NCBI GenBank assembly: GCA_944385435.1
Contig: CALWXG010000002.1
Span: 18,806-82,805, forward strand
DNA length: 64,000 nucleotides
From: an uncultured Oscillospiraceae bacterium
GTDB lineage: Bacteria > Bacillota > Clostridia > Oscillospirales > Oscillospiraceae
Direction of reading: 5' to 3'
A model generated the notes under the pieces. The model did no database searches. It saw only the letters and a list, made by a program, of their open reading frames with translations, and was not told where the DNA came from. Shown piece after piece: positions 54,596-63,782 of the stretch (its first letter is position 1; the number at the start of each line of letters is the position of its first letter). The translations under genes were made by a program, and so were the position numbers.

Positions 54596-55363
54596 GTGAA
54601 ACTCATGATCTCCCCCGCCAAAAAGATGCGCTCCGACCCGGACAGCCTGCCCTGGCGGGAGCTTCCGGTGTTTCTGGAGCAGGCCGAGCGGATTCTGGCC
54701 GTCCTGCGGGGCATGTCCTACGGGCAGCTGAAACAGCTCTGGCGGTGCAGCGACGCCATTGCGCGGCTGAATGTGGAGCGGCTGGAGCACCTGGATCTGC
54801 GGCGCGGACTCACGCCTGCCCTTCTGTCCTATGAGGGGATACAGTACCGGTACATGGCGCCGGCTGTCTTCACCCAGGGAGAATATGACTATGTCCAGGA
54901 GCATCTGCGGATTCTGTCCGGGCTGTACGGGATTCTGCGGCCGCTGGACGGAGTGGCTCCCTACCGGCTGGAGATGCAGGCCAGGCTGGCCGTCGGTCCG
55001 GCGGAGAATCTCTATCAGTTCTGGGGCAGCGGGATTGCGGACCGGCTCTTTGCGGAGACAGACTGCGTGCTCGACCTCGCCTCCAAAGAATACAGCCGGT
55101 GCGTCAGCGCCTGCGTGCCGGACGGCGCCCGGGTGGTCACCTGCATCTTCGGGGAGAAGGTCGGGGGCAAGACGGTGGAGAAGGGCACCCTGTACAAGAT
55201 GGCCCGGGGGGAGATGGTGCGGTACCTGGCCCAGTGCCGGGCGGACCGCCCGGAAGCCGCGCAGGACTTTGACCGGCTGGGCTACCGGTTCGCACCGGAG
55301 GAGTCCACACAGACGCGGTATGTATTTTTACGGGACAGGAGGGCTGAACAGCTTGCTGAGTGA
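54596..55363 (+). CDS. yaaA: peroxide stress protein YaaA (UPF0246/DUF328)
   Basis: (V)KLMISPAKKM...EGIQYRYM...HLRILSGLYGILRPLDGVAPYRLEM...LYQFWG...ASKEY... matches E. coli YaaA (MLILISPAKTL...HLRMLSGLYGVLRPLD..PYRLEM). The start is uncertain (GTG 54596, ATG 54605 or TTG 54575) and none has a good SD. Confidence 0.8.
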   Translation: MKLMISPAKKMRSDPDSLPWRELPVFLEQAERILAVLRGMSYGQLKQLWRCSDAIARLNVERLEHLDLRRGLTPALLSYEGIQYRYMAPAVFTQGEYDYVQEHLRILSGLYGILRPLDGVAPYRLEMQARLAVGPAENLYQFWGSGIADRLFAETDCVLDLASKEYSRCVSACVPDGARVVTCIFGEKVGGKTVEKGTLYKMARGEMVRYLAQCRADRPEAAQDFDRLGYRFAPEESTQTRYVFLRDRRAEQLAE

Positions 55364-57467
55364 GGAACAGTTTCAATCGAAGTACTGCGCCAATCTGAAT
55401 GCGCAGCAGGCGGCCGCGGTGCGCGCGGTGAGCGGCCCGGTTCTCCTCCTGGCGGTCCCCGGCAGCGGAAAGACCACGGTGCTGGTCACAAGGCTGGGGT
55501 ATATGCGCTGTGTGCGCGGGATTGCGCCGGGGCGCATCCTGACCATGACCTATACCGTTGCGGCCACCGAAGACATGCGCAGCCGGTATGCCCAGCTGTT
55601 CGGACAGGAGGAAGCGGATCAGATGGAATTCCGCACCATCAACGGCGTGTGCAGCCGGATTATCCGGCTATATGAGCGGGAACTGGACCGCAGGGCATTC
55701 AGCCTGCTGACGGACGGGAAGCGGAAAAGCGCCATTCTCAGTGCGCTCTACCACAGGCAGACGGAGGAGTTTGCCACGCAGAGCATTCTCAGGAGTCTGG
55801 AGACGGCGATCTCCTACGCAAAAAACCAGATGCTCAGCGACCAGGAACTGGCGCAGCTGAAGGTGGAGACTCTGGATTTTGCCCGCTTTTTCAAGGACTA
55901 CGACAAGGCCCTGCGGTCCATGCATCTGATGGATTATGACGATCAGATGGTGTACGCCCTGAGGATTCTGAAGCAATATCCCCGGATCCTGGAGCTGGTG
56001 CAGCAGACGTACGACTACTTCTGCATGGATGAGGCCCAGGACACCTCCAAGATCCAGCACAATGTGGTGCGTCTGCTGGCGGGGAAAAAGAGGAACCTGT
56101 TTATGGTGGGAGACGAGGATCAGAGCATCTACGGCTTCCGGGCGGCCTATCCTCAGGCGCTGATGGAGTTTGAGTCGGTCTACCCGGATGCCAGGGTCAT
56201 GTACATGGAGCAGAACTACCGGTCCACCCGTCAGATTGTGGCGGCAGCCAATCAGATCATTGCCAAAAACGTGAACCGGCACCCGAAGTGCATGGTGGCC
56301 ACGCAGGGAGACGGGCCGGAGGTGCGCAGAATTCCGGTGCATGACAGGCAGAAACAGTATCCGTATCTGGCTCAGCTGGCCCGGGACTGCAGGCGGGAGA
56401 CTGCGGTCCTGTTCCGGGACAATATCTGTGCCCTGCCTCTGATCGACCTGCTCAGCCGCGGGAACATCCCATACCGGTGCCGGGAGGTGGACAGCCTGTT
56501 CTTTTCCAGCCGTGTGGTGCAGGACTTCCGCAGTGCCATCCGGCTGGCGGAACATCCGGAGGACGGGGAGGCATTTCTGTCCCTGTACTATAAATTCGGA
56601 ACCGGAGTCAGCAAGGCACTGGCCGCAGAGGCGGCACAGCAGGCGGCTGTCTCCGGAGTGCCGGTCCTGAAGTACATCGCGGGGAAGAGCGGGGTCCCCC
56701 AGTGGATCAGAGAGCGCTGTGCGGAGCTTCAGGATGACCTGAGGCGGATCCTGAACCGGCGGGGAGACGGGGCGGTGGCCCTGTTTCTCCACGACATGAA
56801 GTATATTGACTGGATGAGAAAGAGCGGTCAGGACACGGGCAGGGCGGAGATCCTGAAGATCCTGGGCACCCCGCATGCGGACCCCGGTGCGCTGCTGAAC
56901 CGGCTGGACGAGCTGCAGGACATTGTCAAGGCCGGTTCCCGGGACCCGGACAGTTCTTTTCTGCTCTCCACCATTCACTCCAGCAAAGGGCTGGAGTATG
57001 AGCAGGTCATTCTGATGGATGTGATGGACGGCATCCTGCCCAAAACGGATCCGGCCCAGGCGCTTTCGGAGGAAGAGCTGCTTGAGTATGAAGAGGAGCG
57101 GCGCCTGTTTTATGTGGCCATGACCAGGGCGAAGCGGGAGCTGTCCCTGTTCTCCTTCCGCAGCGCCGCCATACACTCCACCTTTACGGAGGAGCTCTTC
57201 CCGGACAGACACAGGACCCCGGGGGCTCCGGCCAGGCGGGAACCGGTCCGGATTCCCCGCTGGAAGAAGAAAGTGCTGCCCACGGAGGACTATCGGCCCG
57301 GTGTGCGTGTGATGCACCGGGCCTTCGGACCCGGGATCCTGACGGCCCGCAACGGCGATATTGTCACCATTGCGTTTGAAAGCGGCCAGACCAAGAAACT
57401 CTCTCTGTCCACACTTCTGAACAACGGACACCTGAGCCTGCCGGGAAGCGGGGAGCGGGAGGGCTGA
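55353..57467 (+). CDS. UvrD/Rep/PcrA-family ATP-dependent DNA helicase
   Basis: LNAQQAAAV, Walker A AVPGSGKTT, motif II MDEAQDTS, ...TIHSSKGLEYEQV..., and a C-terminal Tudor-like GVRVMHRAFGPGIL. TTG 55353 lies 9 nt after GGAGGG. The track ORF start lies inside yaaA. Confidence 0.85.
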   Translation: MLSEEQFQSKYCANLNAQQAAAVRAVSGPVLLLAVPGSGKTTVLVTRLGYMRCVRGIAPGRILTMTYTVAATEDMRSRYAQLFGQEEADQMEFRTINGVCSRIIRLYERELDRRAFSLLTDGKRKSAILSALYHRQTEEFATQSILRSLETAISYAKNQMLSDQELAQLKVETLDFARFFKDYDKALRSMHLMDYDDQMVYALRILKQYPRILELVQQTYDYFCMDEAQDTSKIQHNVVRLLAGKKRNLFMVGDEDQSIYGFRAAYPQALMEFESVYPDARVMYMEQNYRSTRQIVAAANQIIAKNVNRHPKCMVATQGDGPEVRRIPVHDRQKQYPYLAQLARDCRRETAVLFRDNICALPLIDLLSRGNIPYRCREVDSLFFSSRVVQDFRSAIRLAEHPEDGEAFLSLYYKFGTGVSKALAAEAAQQAAVSGVPVLKYIAGKSGVPQWIRERCAELQDDLRRILNRRGDGAVALFLHDMKYIDWMRKSGQDTGRAEILKILGTPHADPGALLNRLDELQDIVKAGSRDPDSSFLLSTIHSSKGLEYEQVILMDVMDGILPKTDPAQALSEEELLEYEEERRLFYVAMTRAKRELSLFSFRSAAIHSTFTEELFPDRHRTPGAPARREPVRIPRWKKKVLPTEDYRPGVRVMHRAFGPGILTARNGDIVTIAFESGQTKKLSLSTLLNNGHLSLPGSGEREG

Positions 57468-57557
57468 CCGGCCCCGCCGGGATGGGACCCTGAGCTGCGC
57501 CGGGGCAGGCATGTTTCCGGCCATGGTTTCATATTCCTGTCTCAGGGGGGATGGGGG

Positions 57558-57764
57558 ATGAGACGAAGGGAGCCGCAGCTGATGGAGTGCAGTCCGCAGG
57601 GGCCGGTCACAGACCAGTTCCGCAGGGAGGTTCTGGGCGCGTGCCTGCGGGAGCTGTTCCGCCAGGGAAAACTCACCGCACAGCAGCTGGACGAGGGCTT
57701 TCGCCTGCTCTCCGGCGGTGTCCGGACACCGGGTGAGCCGGGACCAGAGGGATGGCAGGTCTGA
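57558..57764 (+). CDS. small hypothetical protein translationally coupled to the serine recombinase
   Basis: 60-68 aa (alternative ATG 57582 after GAAGGGAG). ...FRREVLGACLRELFRQGKLTAQQLDEGFRLL... Its TGA stop (57762-57764) overlaps the recombinase ATG 57764. Confidence 0.4.
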   Translation: MRRREPQLMECSPQGPVTDQFRREVLGACLRELFRQGKLTAQQLDEGFRLLSGGVRTPGEPGPEGWQV

Positions 57765-59299
57765 TGCTGCGGGTGGCGGCGTACTGCCGGGTGTCTACGG
57801 ACCAGCTGGACCAGGCCAACTCCCTGGAAAACCAGCAGCGCTATTTCCGGCGGGAAATAGGCCGCCATCCGGACTGGCAGCTTCAGGCGCTGTATGCTGA
57901 CGAGGGGCTGTCCGGGACCAGTACCGAGAAGCGCACGCAGTTTCGCAGGATGATCCAGGCGGCGCGGGAAAAGCGTCTGGATCTGATTCTCACCAAAGAG
58001 GTGAGCCGCTTTGCCAGAAACACCGTGGATACCCTCTATTACACCCGGCTGCTGAAAAGCTGGGGGATCGGCGTGATCTTTCTGCTGGATCACATCAATA
58101 CCCTGGAGAGCGACGGGGAACTGCGGCTGTCCATCATGGCCACCATTGCCCAGGAGGAGAGCCGGAAAACCTCCCAGCGGGTCCAGTGGGGGCAGCACAG
58201 GCGGATGGAGCAAGGCGTGGTATTCGGCGGCTCTCTGCTGGGATACGATGTAAAACACGGCCAGATCAGCGTCAATCCGTCCGGAGCCCGGACGGTCCGG
58301 CTGATTTTCCGCCTCTATCTGGAGGAGCGGAAGGGGTGCGCCGCCATTGCCAGGGAGCTGCGGCAGGCGGGAATCCCGTCCAGCCGGGGACTGGTCCGGT
58401 GGTCAGCCGCCACGGTGCGGAAGATTCTGAAGAATGAGAAGTACTGCGGAGACCTGGTGCAGAAAAAGACCTTCACGCCGGACTACCTCAGCCACAAACG
58501 CCAGTACAACCACGGGGAGCGGGAGCAGGTGGTGCTGCGGGACCACCATGAGGCGATTGTGGACCGGCCGGTCTGGCAGGCGGTGCAGGAGGAGCTCCGG
58601 AACCGGGCCCGGAGAGCGGGGGCGCAGCGCGGCTGCGGACGCAGCTATCCGCTGTCCGGGAAGATCCTGTGCGGGCAGTGCGGCCGCAGTTTCGTGTCCA
58701 GGGTGAAAAAGGACTCCTCCGGTGCCCCCTACCGGGTCTGGCGGTGCGGGAAAGCCGCCGCGGAGGGCTGCCGGATCAGGCAGGAGGACGGCCGTCTCTG
58801 CGGCTGCGACGTGGGAACGCAGCTGCGGCAGGACACGGCCATGCTGCTGGTGCGCCGCGCCGTACAGGACAGCCTGAGCCAGGACGGCCCGGAGCTGTGC
58901 CGGCAGCTGACTGGCCTGCTGCAGCAGGTGCTTGCCCGGCGGGAACAGGCCTGCGCCAGCCGCAGATCCGCGTGCACTCTGGAGGCGGACCTGCTTCGCC
59001 GGAAGAAGCAGCTGGTACTGGAGGGGATCCTGTCCGGCACCATCGGCAGGGAGGACGGGATGTTCCTGAACGAGCGGTATGACCGCCAGCTTCAATTGCT
59101 GGACACGCCGGACCGGGATCCGGAACAAGCGCCGGCTGCCCCATCCTGGGAGGACACGGCGGCCGACCTGGGGCAGGCCATGTCCCAGCCCGGCGATGGG
59201 CTGTGTCTGGATCTGCTCCAGTCCATCACCGTGCACAAAGAGGGCAGGGCAGAGGTGGCGCTGAAGGGCCTGGACCGGACGTGGGTTTTTGCGCTGTAA
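57764..59299 (+). CDS. large serine recombinase (resolvase domain, recombinase domain, zinc ribbon, and coiled-coil/DUF4368-like C-terminus)
   Basis: MLRVAAYCRVSTDQ (catalytic Ser), YADEGLSGT, ILTKEVSRFARN, recombinase domain ...GYDV...VRLIFRLY..., zinc ribbon CGQCGRSF...WRCG. The alternative start is 57752. Confidence 0.88.
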   Translation: MLRVAAYCRVSTDQLDQANSLENQQRYFRREIGRHPDWQLQALYADEGLSGTSTEKRTQFRRMIQAAREKRLDLILTKEVSRFARNTVDTLYYTRLLKSWGIGVIFLLDHINTLESDGELRLSIMATIAQEESRKTSQRVQWGQHRRMEQGVVFGGSLLGYDVKHGQISVNPSGARTVRLIFRLYLEERKGCAAIARELRQAGIPSSRGLVRWSAATVRKILKNEKYCGDLVQKKTFTPDYLSHKRQYNHGEREQVVLRDHHEAIVDRPVWQAVQEELRNRARRAGAQRGCGRSYPLSGKILCGQCGRSFVSRVKKDSSGAPYRVWRCGKAAAEGCRIRQEDGRLCGCDVGTQLRQDTAMLLVRRAVQDSLSQDGPELCRQLTGLLQQVLARREQACASRRSACTLEADLLRRKKQLVLEGILSGTIGREDGMFLNERYDRQLQLLDTPDRDPEQAPAAPSWEDTAADLGQAMSQPGDGLCLDLLQSITVHKEGRAEVALKGLDRTWVFAL

Positions 59300-59318
59300 T
59301 CCGGCGCATTGGGAGCAA

Positions 59319-59373
59319 AAACAGATTCAGGCCGTCTGTGCCAGAAAAGGGCGCAGACGGCCTGAATCTGTTT
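59319..59373. terminator. 20-bp-stem hairpin terminator between convergent genes
   Basis: AAACAGATTCAGGCCGTCTG tgccagaaaagggcg CAGACGGCCTGAATCTGTTT. The U-tract (TTTTTG) is on the minus-strand side, so it serves the rhamnosidase operon best. Confidence 0.7.
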
Positions 59374-59379
59374 GAAACC

Positions 59380-62136
59380 TTATGCCTCCGGGTCCCAGCC
59401 GGGGGCCCGGAGCAGGCCGGACAGCGTTTGGACTGCCGCCGATACATTCTCCGGATTCAGGCCCAGGTAAAAGGCCTGGCTCAGCTCCCGGAAGGTCTGG
59501 GTGGTGAATTCCCGATTGCCCTCTTTCAGGATCCCGAAGAGCTGTGGCAGGGCCGAGCGGAGCAGTTCCTCCGCCTCCGGGTCGCCGGACAGCTGGGACA
59601 GTCTGGTATCCATGTGATAGACGGCCCGGTAATCCGCTTCCGGCCTGTACCGGTAGTCGTAGACGCCGGCGGTCAGGGGGAAAGGCGCACGGCCGCTTCC
59701 GGGCAGCGTCACCGACGCGGTGCAGCCAAAGGGGATCTCCAGGTGCACGCTCAGCTGCCCGTCCGTGCCGATGGCCCAGGCGCAGCGGTACCGTCCGGCG
59801 GGAGTCAGGCAGGTGCAGTCCAGATGGCCCAGCCGGAGATTGGGCTCCGGGGCGAGGACCGCGTCCCGGAACCCGTGGGAACCGGGCCGAAGGCCGGCCA
59901 GATGGGCGTACACATACTCCATGACGGAGCCGTAGGCATAGTGGTTCAGACTGTTCATTCCGGTGCCGGAGATGGTCCCGTCCGGCAGCAGGCTGTTCCA
60001 GCGCTCCCAGATGGTTGTGGCGCCCAGTTCCACGCAGTACAGCCAGCCCGGGAAGTCCCGGTTCAGAAGCAGCTGCGCGGCCAGCTCCGGCATGCCGTGC
60101 TCCGCCAGCACGCGGCACAGCAGAGGGGCGCCCGCAAAGCCGCACCGGATCTGGAAGTTGTCAAAGCGCAGACGGCGCCGGAACTGCGCCAGGAGAAGGT
60201 CCTTCCGGCGCCACAGCCCGAAGTGCAGGGCGGTGACGTATCCGGCCTGGGTATCCACGGAGAGCCGGCCGTCCGGAGTGAAGTAACGGTCCAGGATGGC
60301 CTGCCGGATTTCAGCGGCCAGTCTGGAATTGCGGTCGGACTGCCGGGACAAGCCCAGTCTTCCGGCAAGATCCGCGGTAATTTGAGCGCTGTTCATCCAG
60401 TAGGCGCTGGCAAGAAAGACGTCGTCGGTTCCGCCCTTGAAGCTCTGGGGTGTGATTCCGTCCTGGGCCAGCCAGTCCCCCAGCTGGAATCCGGTCTCGG
60501 ACAGGCGGCCCGGATTCTGCGCCGCCACATGGTCCACCCAGTCCTGCATCATCGGGTAGTGTTCCCCGATCTCCTCCGCCACTCCGGACCAGCGCAGCAG
60601 GGCTGCCGGAATCAGCGTTGCGGCGTCCCCCCAGATGGCGCAGGAGGTGAAGTCGTTCATGCTGGGCACATAGGTGGGCACAGCCCCGCCGTGCCTGCGC
60701 TGCTCTGCGCGCACAAAGTGCAGGTAGGCGCGGTAGAAGGCCCGGCAGTCCATGTTGTAGCAGGCGGCCGGCGCGAATACCTGGGCATCCCCGGTCCAGC
60801 CCAGCCGCTCATCCCGCTGGGGACAGTCCGTGGGTATGGACAGGAAATTGGACTTCTGGCTCCACAGCACGTTTTCATACAGACGGTTCACCAGAGGGGG
60901 CCCGGTGGTCAGCCAGCCGGTGCGCTCCAGTTCGGAATAGAGAACCGGGCTGTCGAAGTCGCCGGGCTCCAGAGGGAGCTCCTCCGGCCAGCCGGAAACC
61001 CGGACATAGCGGAATCCGAAGAAGGTGAAGGTGGGGCAGACGGTCTCCTCCCGGCCGTCGGAACGGTACCGGAACCCGCCGGTGGCGGTGCGGTAGTTGC
61101 CGTTGTAAAAATTACCGTTCTGCAGGGTCTCTCCGAACTCGAACGTCACCCGGGCGCCTCTGGGCAGCCGGGAGTGAAACCGGATCCAGCCGGTGTGGTT
61201 CTGTCCGAAGTCCAGAACCGTCTCGCCAGCCGGCGTGTGCAGGATCCGGGCGACCGGCAGGGACTCCATCTCCCGGACCGGCAGGCTGAGCCGGTCCGTC
61301 ACACGCAGCGGGGCGGGGATGACCTCCACCGGCCGCTCCGGATTGTCACTGCTCTCCGCCCACAGCCGGTCCAGCTCCTCTCCGTCGTAAATCCCGTTGG
61401 CGCCGATGTCGCTCTCCCGCCAGGTCCAGGAGCCGTCGGAGCAGATGACCCGGCGGGTCCCGTCAGCGAAGAGAAGGTGCAGTTCCGCCAGCAGGGCAAA
61501 ACGCGTTCCGAACGGATGGGGCCGGTCCAGGCCGTATCTGCCTTTGTACCAGCCGTTTCCCAGCGTCACCTCCAGGTCGTTCTCCGCCTGGATCAGGTCC
61601 GTCACGTCATAGGTCTGGTACTGCGTCTCTTCTTCAAAGTCCCAGACGCCGGGGGCCAGCACCTCCTCCGACACGGGCTGCCCGTTCAGGCGGGCCTGGT
61701 ACAGGCCGAGCCCCACCGCATAGAGCCTGGCGCAGACAACCGGCGCGCCGGCGGAAAAGCGGCAGGACAGAACGGGGGACCGGGCGGGCTGGCGGTGGGG
61801 ACTGATCCACGTCCCCTGCCACGGCTCGTCCAGCTTCCCGGTCTCAAACCAGGTGGTCCCGGTATGGCGGGCACCCTGGCTGTCCGTGACGGAGACCTCG
61901 ATCTGATACCGGGTCCGGGGCGCGGGGGTGAACTGCAGCGGGGTGCCGCACCAGTCCAGATCCCCCGTGCAAGACCAGACCGCGGTTTCCGGGTCGGAAC
62001 AGCTCCGCACGCAGATGCCGGCCTCCCGCTGGCCCTGGGCGGCTGAGCCCTCCACCAGCCAGGACAGCAGCAGCGGCCCGGGCGCAAAGCCCAGGGGCTG
62101 AGTAATTCCGTTGAGTTTCAGATGGGTGATGGGCAT
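59380..62136 (-). CDS. alpha-L-rhamnosidase (glycoside hydrolase family 78)
   Basis: A 918-aa protein containing the GH78 hallmark IPTDCPQRDERLGWTGDAQVF together with FRYVRVSGWPEE. Confidence 0.85.
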   Translation of the reverse strand: MPITHLKLNGITQPLGFAPGPLLLSWLVEGSAAQGQREAGICVRSCSDPETAVWSCTGDLDWCGTPLQFTPAPRTRYQIEVSVTDSQGARHTGTTWFETGKLDEPWQGTWISPHRQPARSPVLSCRFSAGAPVVCARLYAVGLGLYQARLNGQPVSEEVLAPGVWDFEEETQYQTYDVTDLIQAENDLEVTLGNGWYKGRYGLDRPHPFGTRFALLAELHLLFADGTRRVICSDGSWTWRESDIGANGIYDGEELDRLWAESSDNPERPVEVIPAPLRVTDRLSLPVREMESLPVARILHTPAGETVLDFGQNHTGWIRFHSRLPRGARVTFEFGETLQNGNFYNGNYRTATGGFRYRSDGREETVCPTFTFFGFRYVRVSGWPEELPLEPGDFDSPVLYSELERTGWLTTGPPLVNRLYENVLWSQKSNFLSIPTDCPQRDERLGWTGDAQVFAPAACYNMDCRAFYRAYLHFVRAEQRRHGGAVPTYVPSMNDFTSCAIWGDAATLIPAALLRWSGVAEEIGEHYPMMQDWVDHVAAQNPGRLSETGFQLGDWLAQDGITPQSFKGGTDDVFLASAYWMNSAQITADLAGRLGLSRQSDRNSRLAAEIRQAILDRYFTPDGRLSVDTQAGYVTALHFGLWRRKDLLLAQFRRRLRFDNFQIRCGFAGAPLLCRVLAEHGMPELAAQLLLNRDFPGWLYCVELGATTIWERWNSLLPDGTISGTGMNSLNHYAYGSVMEYVYAHLAGLRPGSHGFRDAVLAPEPNLRLGHLDCTCLTPAGRYRCAWAIGTDGQLSVHLEIPFGCTASVTLPGSGRAPFPLTAGVYDYRYRPEADYRAVYHMDTRLSQLSGDPEAEELLRSALPQLFGILKEGNREFTTQTFRELSQAFYLGLNPENVSAAVQTLSGLLRAPGWDPEA

Positions 62137-62169
62137 GACGGTTCCTTTCCGCAGTCCGCCGGACTCCGC

Positions 62170-63099
62170 TCAGCAAGACTGCTGTTGTTTTCTCTGGAAA
62201 AACTCCTCTGCCGGAGGAAGGCCGGGCTCCCTCAGGGCGGGGTCGAACTGCTTGAGCAGCCAGGTGAACGCCATGGGGAGCCAGGCCGCACAGGCACGGT
62301 TGCGCTGCGCCTCCCAGGACCGATCCATGGGCTGCCCGGAGGCAAAGCCGTGATCTCCCTCCTGGAAGATGTGCAGCTCATAGGCAATTCCCGCCTCGGA
62401 CAGGGCAGAGGCCATGTGCAGGCTGTTCCCCGCGGGGACCAGGCTGTCATTTGCCGCATGGACGAGAAAGACCGGAGGGGTATGTTCCGTCACATGCAGA
62501 CAGGGGCTGAGCGCCTCCAGCTGACTGCGGTCCGGCTGCGCGGTTCCGAACAGTGCTTTGGCGGACTCCACCATCATGGGCGGCTGTGCGCCGGACTGCT
62601 GGAGCACATAGTCTGCAATGGGATAGCCCAGCACAACTGCGGCGGGACGCAGCTGCTCCGGCGCGGCGCCGGCGCGCTGCGCCAGCCAGGGCTCGTGCCA
62701 GTGCACCGCATAGCTGGCGCACAGGTGCCCGCCGGCGGAAAAACCCATGAGGGCCAGTTTGTCCGGGTCCAGATGCCAGCGGGCGCTGTGTTCCCGGATC
62801 ACGGTGATGGCCCTGGCCAGGTCGATCAGCTGGGCGGGATAGCGCAGATCCGTCCCCGCCGGCGCCCGGGAGGCGACGGTATATTCCAGGACAAAGGCCT
62901 GGTAGCCCCGGACGCAGGCCTCCAGGGCCATGGGGGCGCCTTCCCGGGGGGAGAGATTCAGATAGGCCCCGCCGGGGCACACCACAATTCCCGGGCACGG
63001 GTCGGCGGGAAAGGGCCAGTCTGGATCAGGCGGGGTGATATATGCGGTGACCGCCACGTCGTCCCGGTCCGGCCACAGGGGAATCCGTTCAAGAATCAT
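62170..63099 (-). CDS. alpha/beta hydrolase (esterase/lipase-like)
   Basis: Oxyanion CPGGAY, nucleophile elbow GFSAGGHL, C-terminal ...DHGF. Confidence 0.78.
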   Translation of the reverse strand: MILERIPLWPDRDDVAVTAYITPPDPDWPFPADPCPGIVVCPGGAYLNLSPREGAPMALEACVRGYQAFVLEYTVASRAPAGTDLRYPAQLIDLARAITVIREHSARWHLDPDKLALMGFSAGGHLCASYAVHWHEPWLAQRAGAAPEQLRPAAVVLGYPIADYVLQQSGAQPPMMVESAKALFGTAQPDRSQLEALSPCLHVTEHTPPVFLVHAANDSLVPAGNSLHMASALSEAGIAYELHIFQEGDHGFASGQPMDRSWEAQRNRACAAWLPMAFTWLLKQFDPALREPGLPPAEEFFQRKQQQSC

Positions 63100-63119
63100 G
63101 CCGCATCCAGCCTTTCCGG

Positions 63120-63767
63120 TCAGAGTGTCTGCACCACATCCAGCAGCTGGGCAAAGCCGGTGAGATTGTAGTCCCCGGCGCCCGCCTGCGCTGCGTCGCC
63201 CACACAGGCCACCGCAAAGCCGCCGGCGTGCCCGGCCTGGGCGCCGGCGACGGCGTCCTCCACCACCAGGCAGGCGGCCGGGGCAAGGTCCAGGAATTGC
63301 GCCGCCTTCAGGAAGACCTCCGGGTCCGGCTTGGAGTGCTGAATGCAGTTTCCGTCGGCCACTGCGTCGAAATAGCCGGCCAGCCCGATCCGCTCCAGGA
63401 TAAAGGGGGCGTTTTTGCTGGAGGAGCCGATGGCCAGCTTCAGGCCCAGGCTCCGGAGGGTGTCCAGGGTGGTTTTCACCTCGTGGGTGAGGTCTGCCGG
63501 GGTCATCTGGCCCAGCAGGGTGCGGTAGAGTTCGTTTTTCTTGGTGGCCAGGTCGGTGAGCGCCTGCTGGGACAGCGCGGGACCGGTGTACCGCTCCAGG
63601 ATGATATTCAGGCTCTCCATCCGGGACACGCCCCGCAGCCGGTTGTTGATCTCCCGGTCGAAGTAGACGCCCAGATCGTCCGCCATCTTCTTCCAGGCCT
63701 GATAGTGATATTCATCGGTGGAGCAGATCACACCGTCCAGATCAAAAATAATACCCTTCAGATTCAT
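63120..63767 (-). CDS. pgmB: beta-phosphoglucomutase (HAD-IA)
   Basis: GIIFDLDGVICSTDEYHYQAWKKMADDLG...RLRGVSRMESL...AIGSSSKNA...VEDAVAGAQAGHAGG. ATG 63767 lies 8 nt after AGGAGG. Confidence 0.85.
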   Translation of the reverse strand: MNLKGIIFDLDGVICSTDEYHYQAWKKMADDLGVYFDREINNRLRGVSRMESLNIILERYTGPALSQQALTDLATKKNELYRTLLGQMTPADLTHEVKTTLDTLRSLGLKLAIGSSSKNAPFILERIGLAGYFDAVADGNCIQHSKPDPEVFLKAAQFLDLAPAACLVVEDAVAGAQAGHAGGFAVACVGDAAQAGAGDYNLTGFAQLLDVVQTL

Positions 63768-63782
63768 ATCCAAGTCCTCCTG

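Noticed and set aside
54513-59380. The idea that yaaA-helicase-recombinase is a skin-like intervening element whose excision would rebuild cotJC.
   Set aside because: If the recombinase marked the far end of such an element, the missing 5' cotJC piece should sit just beyond 59300 on the minus strand. That space holds only a terminator and the 3' end of the GH78 gene. The truncation is kept as a finding, but this specific model is not supported within the window.
59203-62046. 947-aa ORF on the plus strand.
   Set aside because: It is antisense to the GH78 rhamnosidase, which carries the DCPQRDERLGWTGD hallmark. It also runs through the terminator hairpin.
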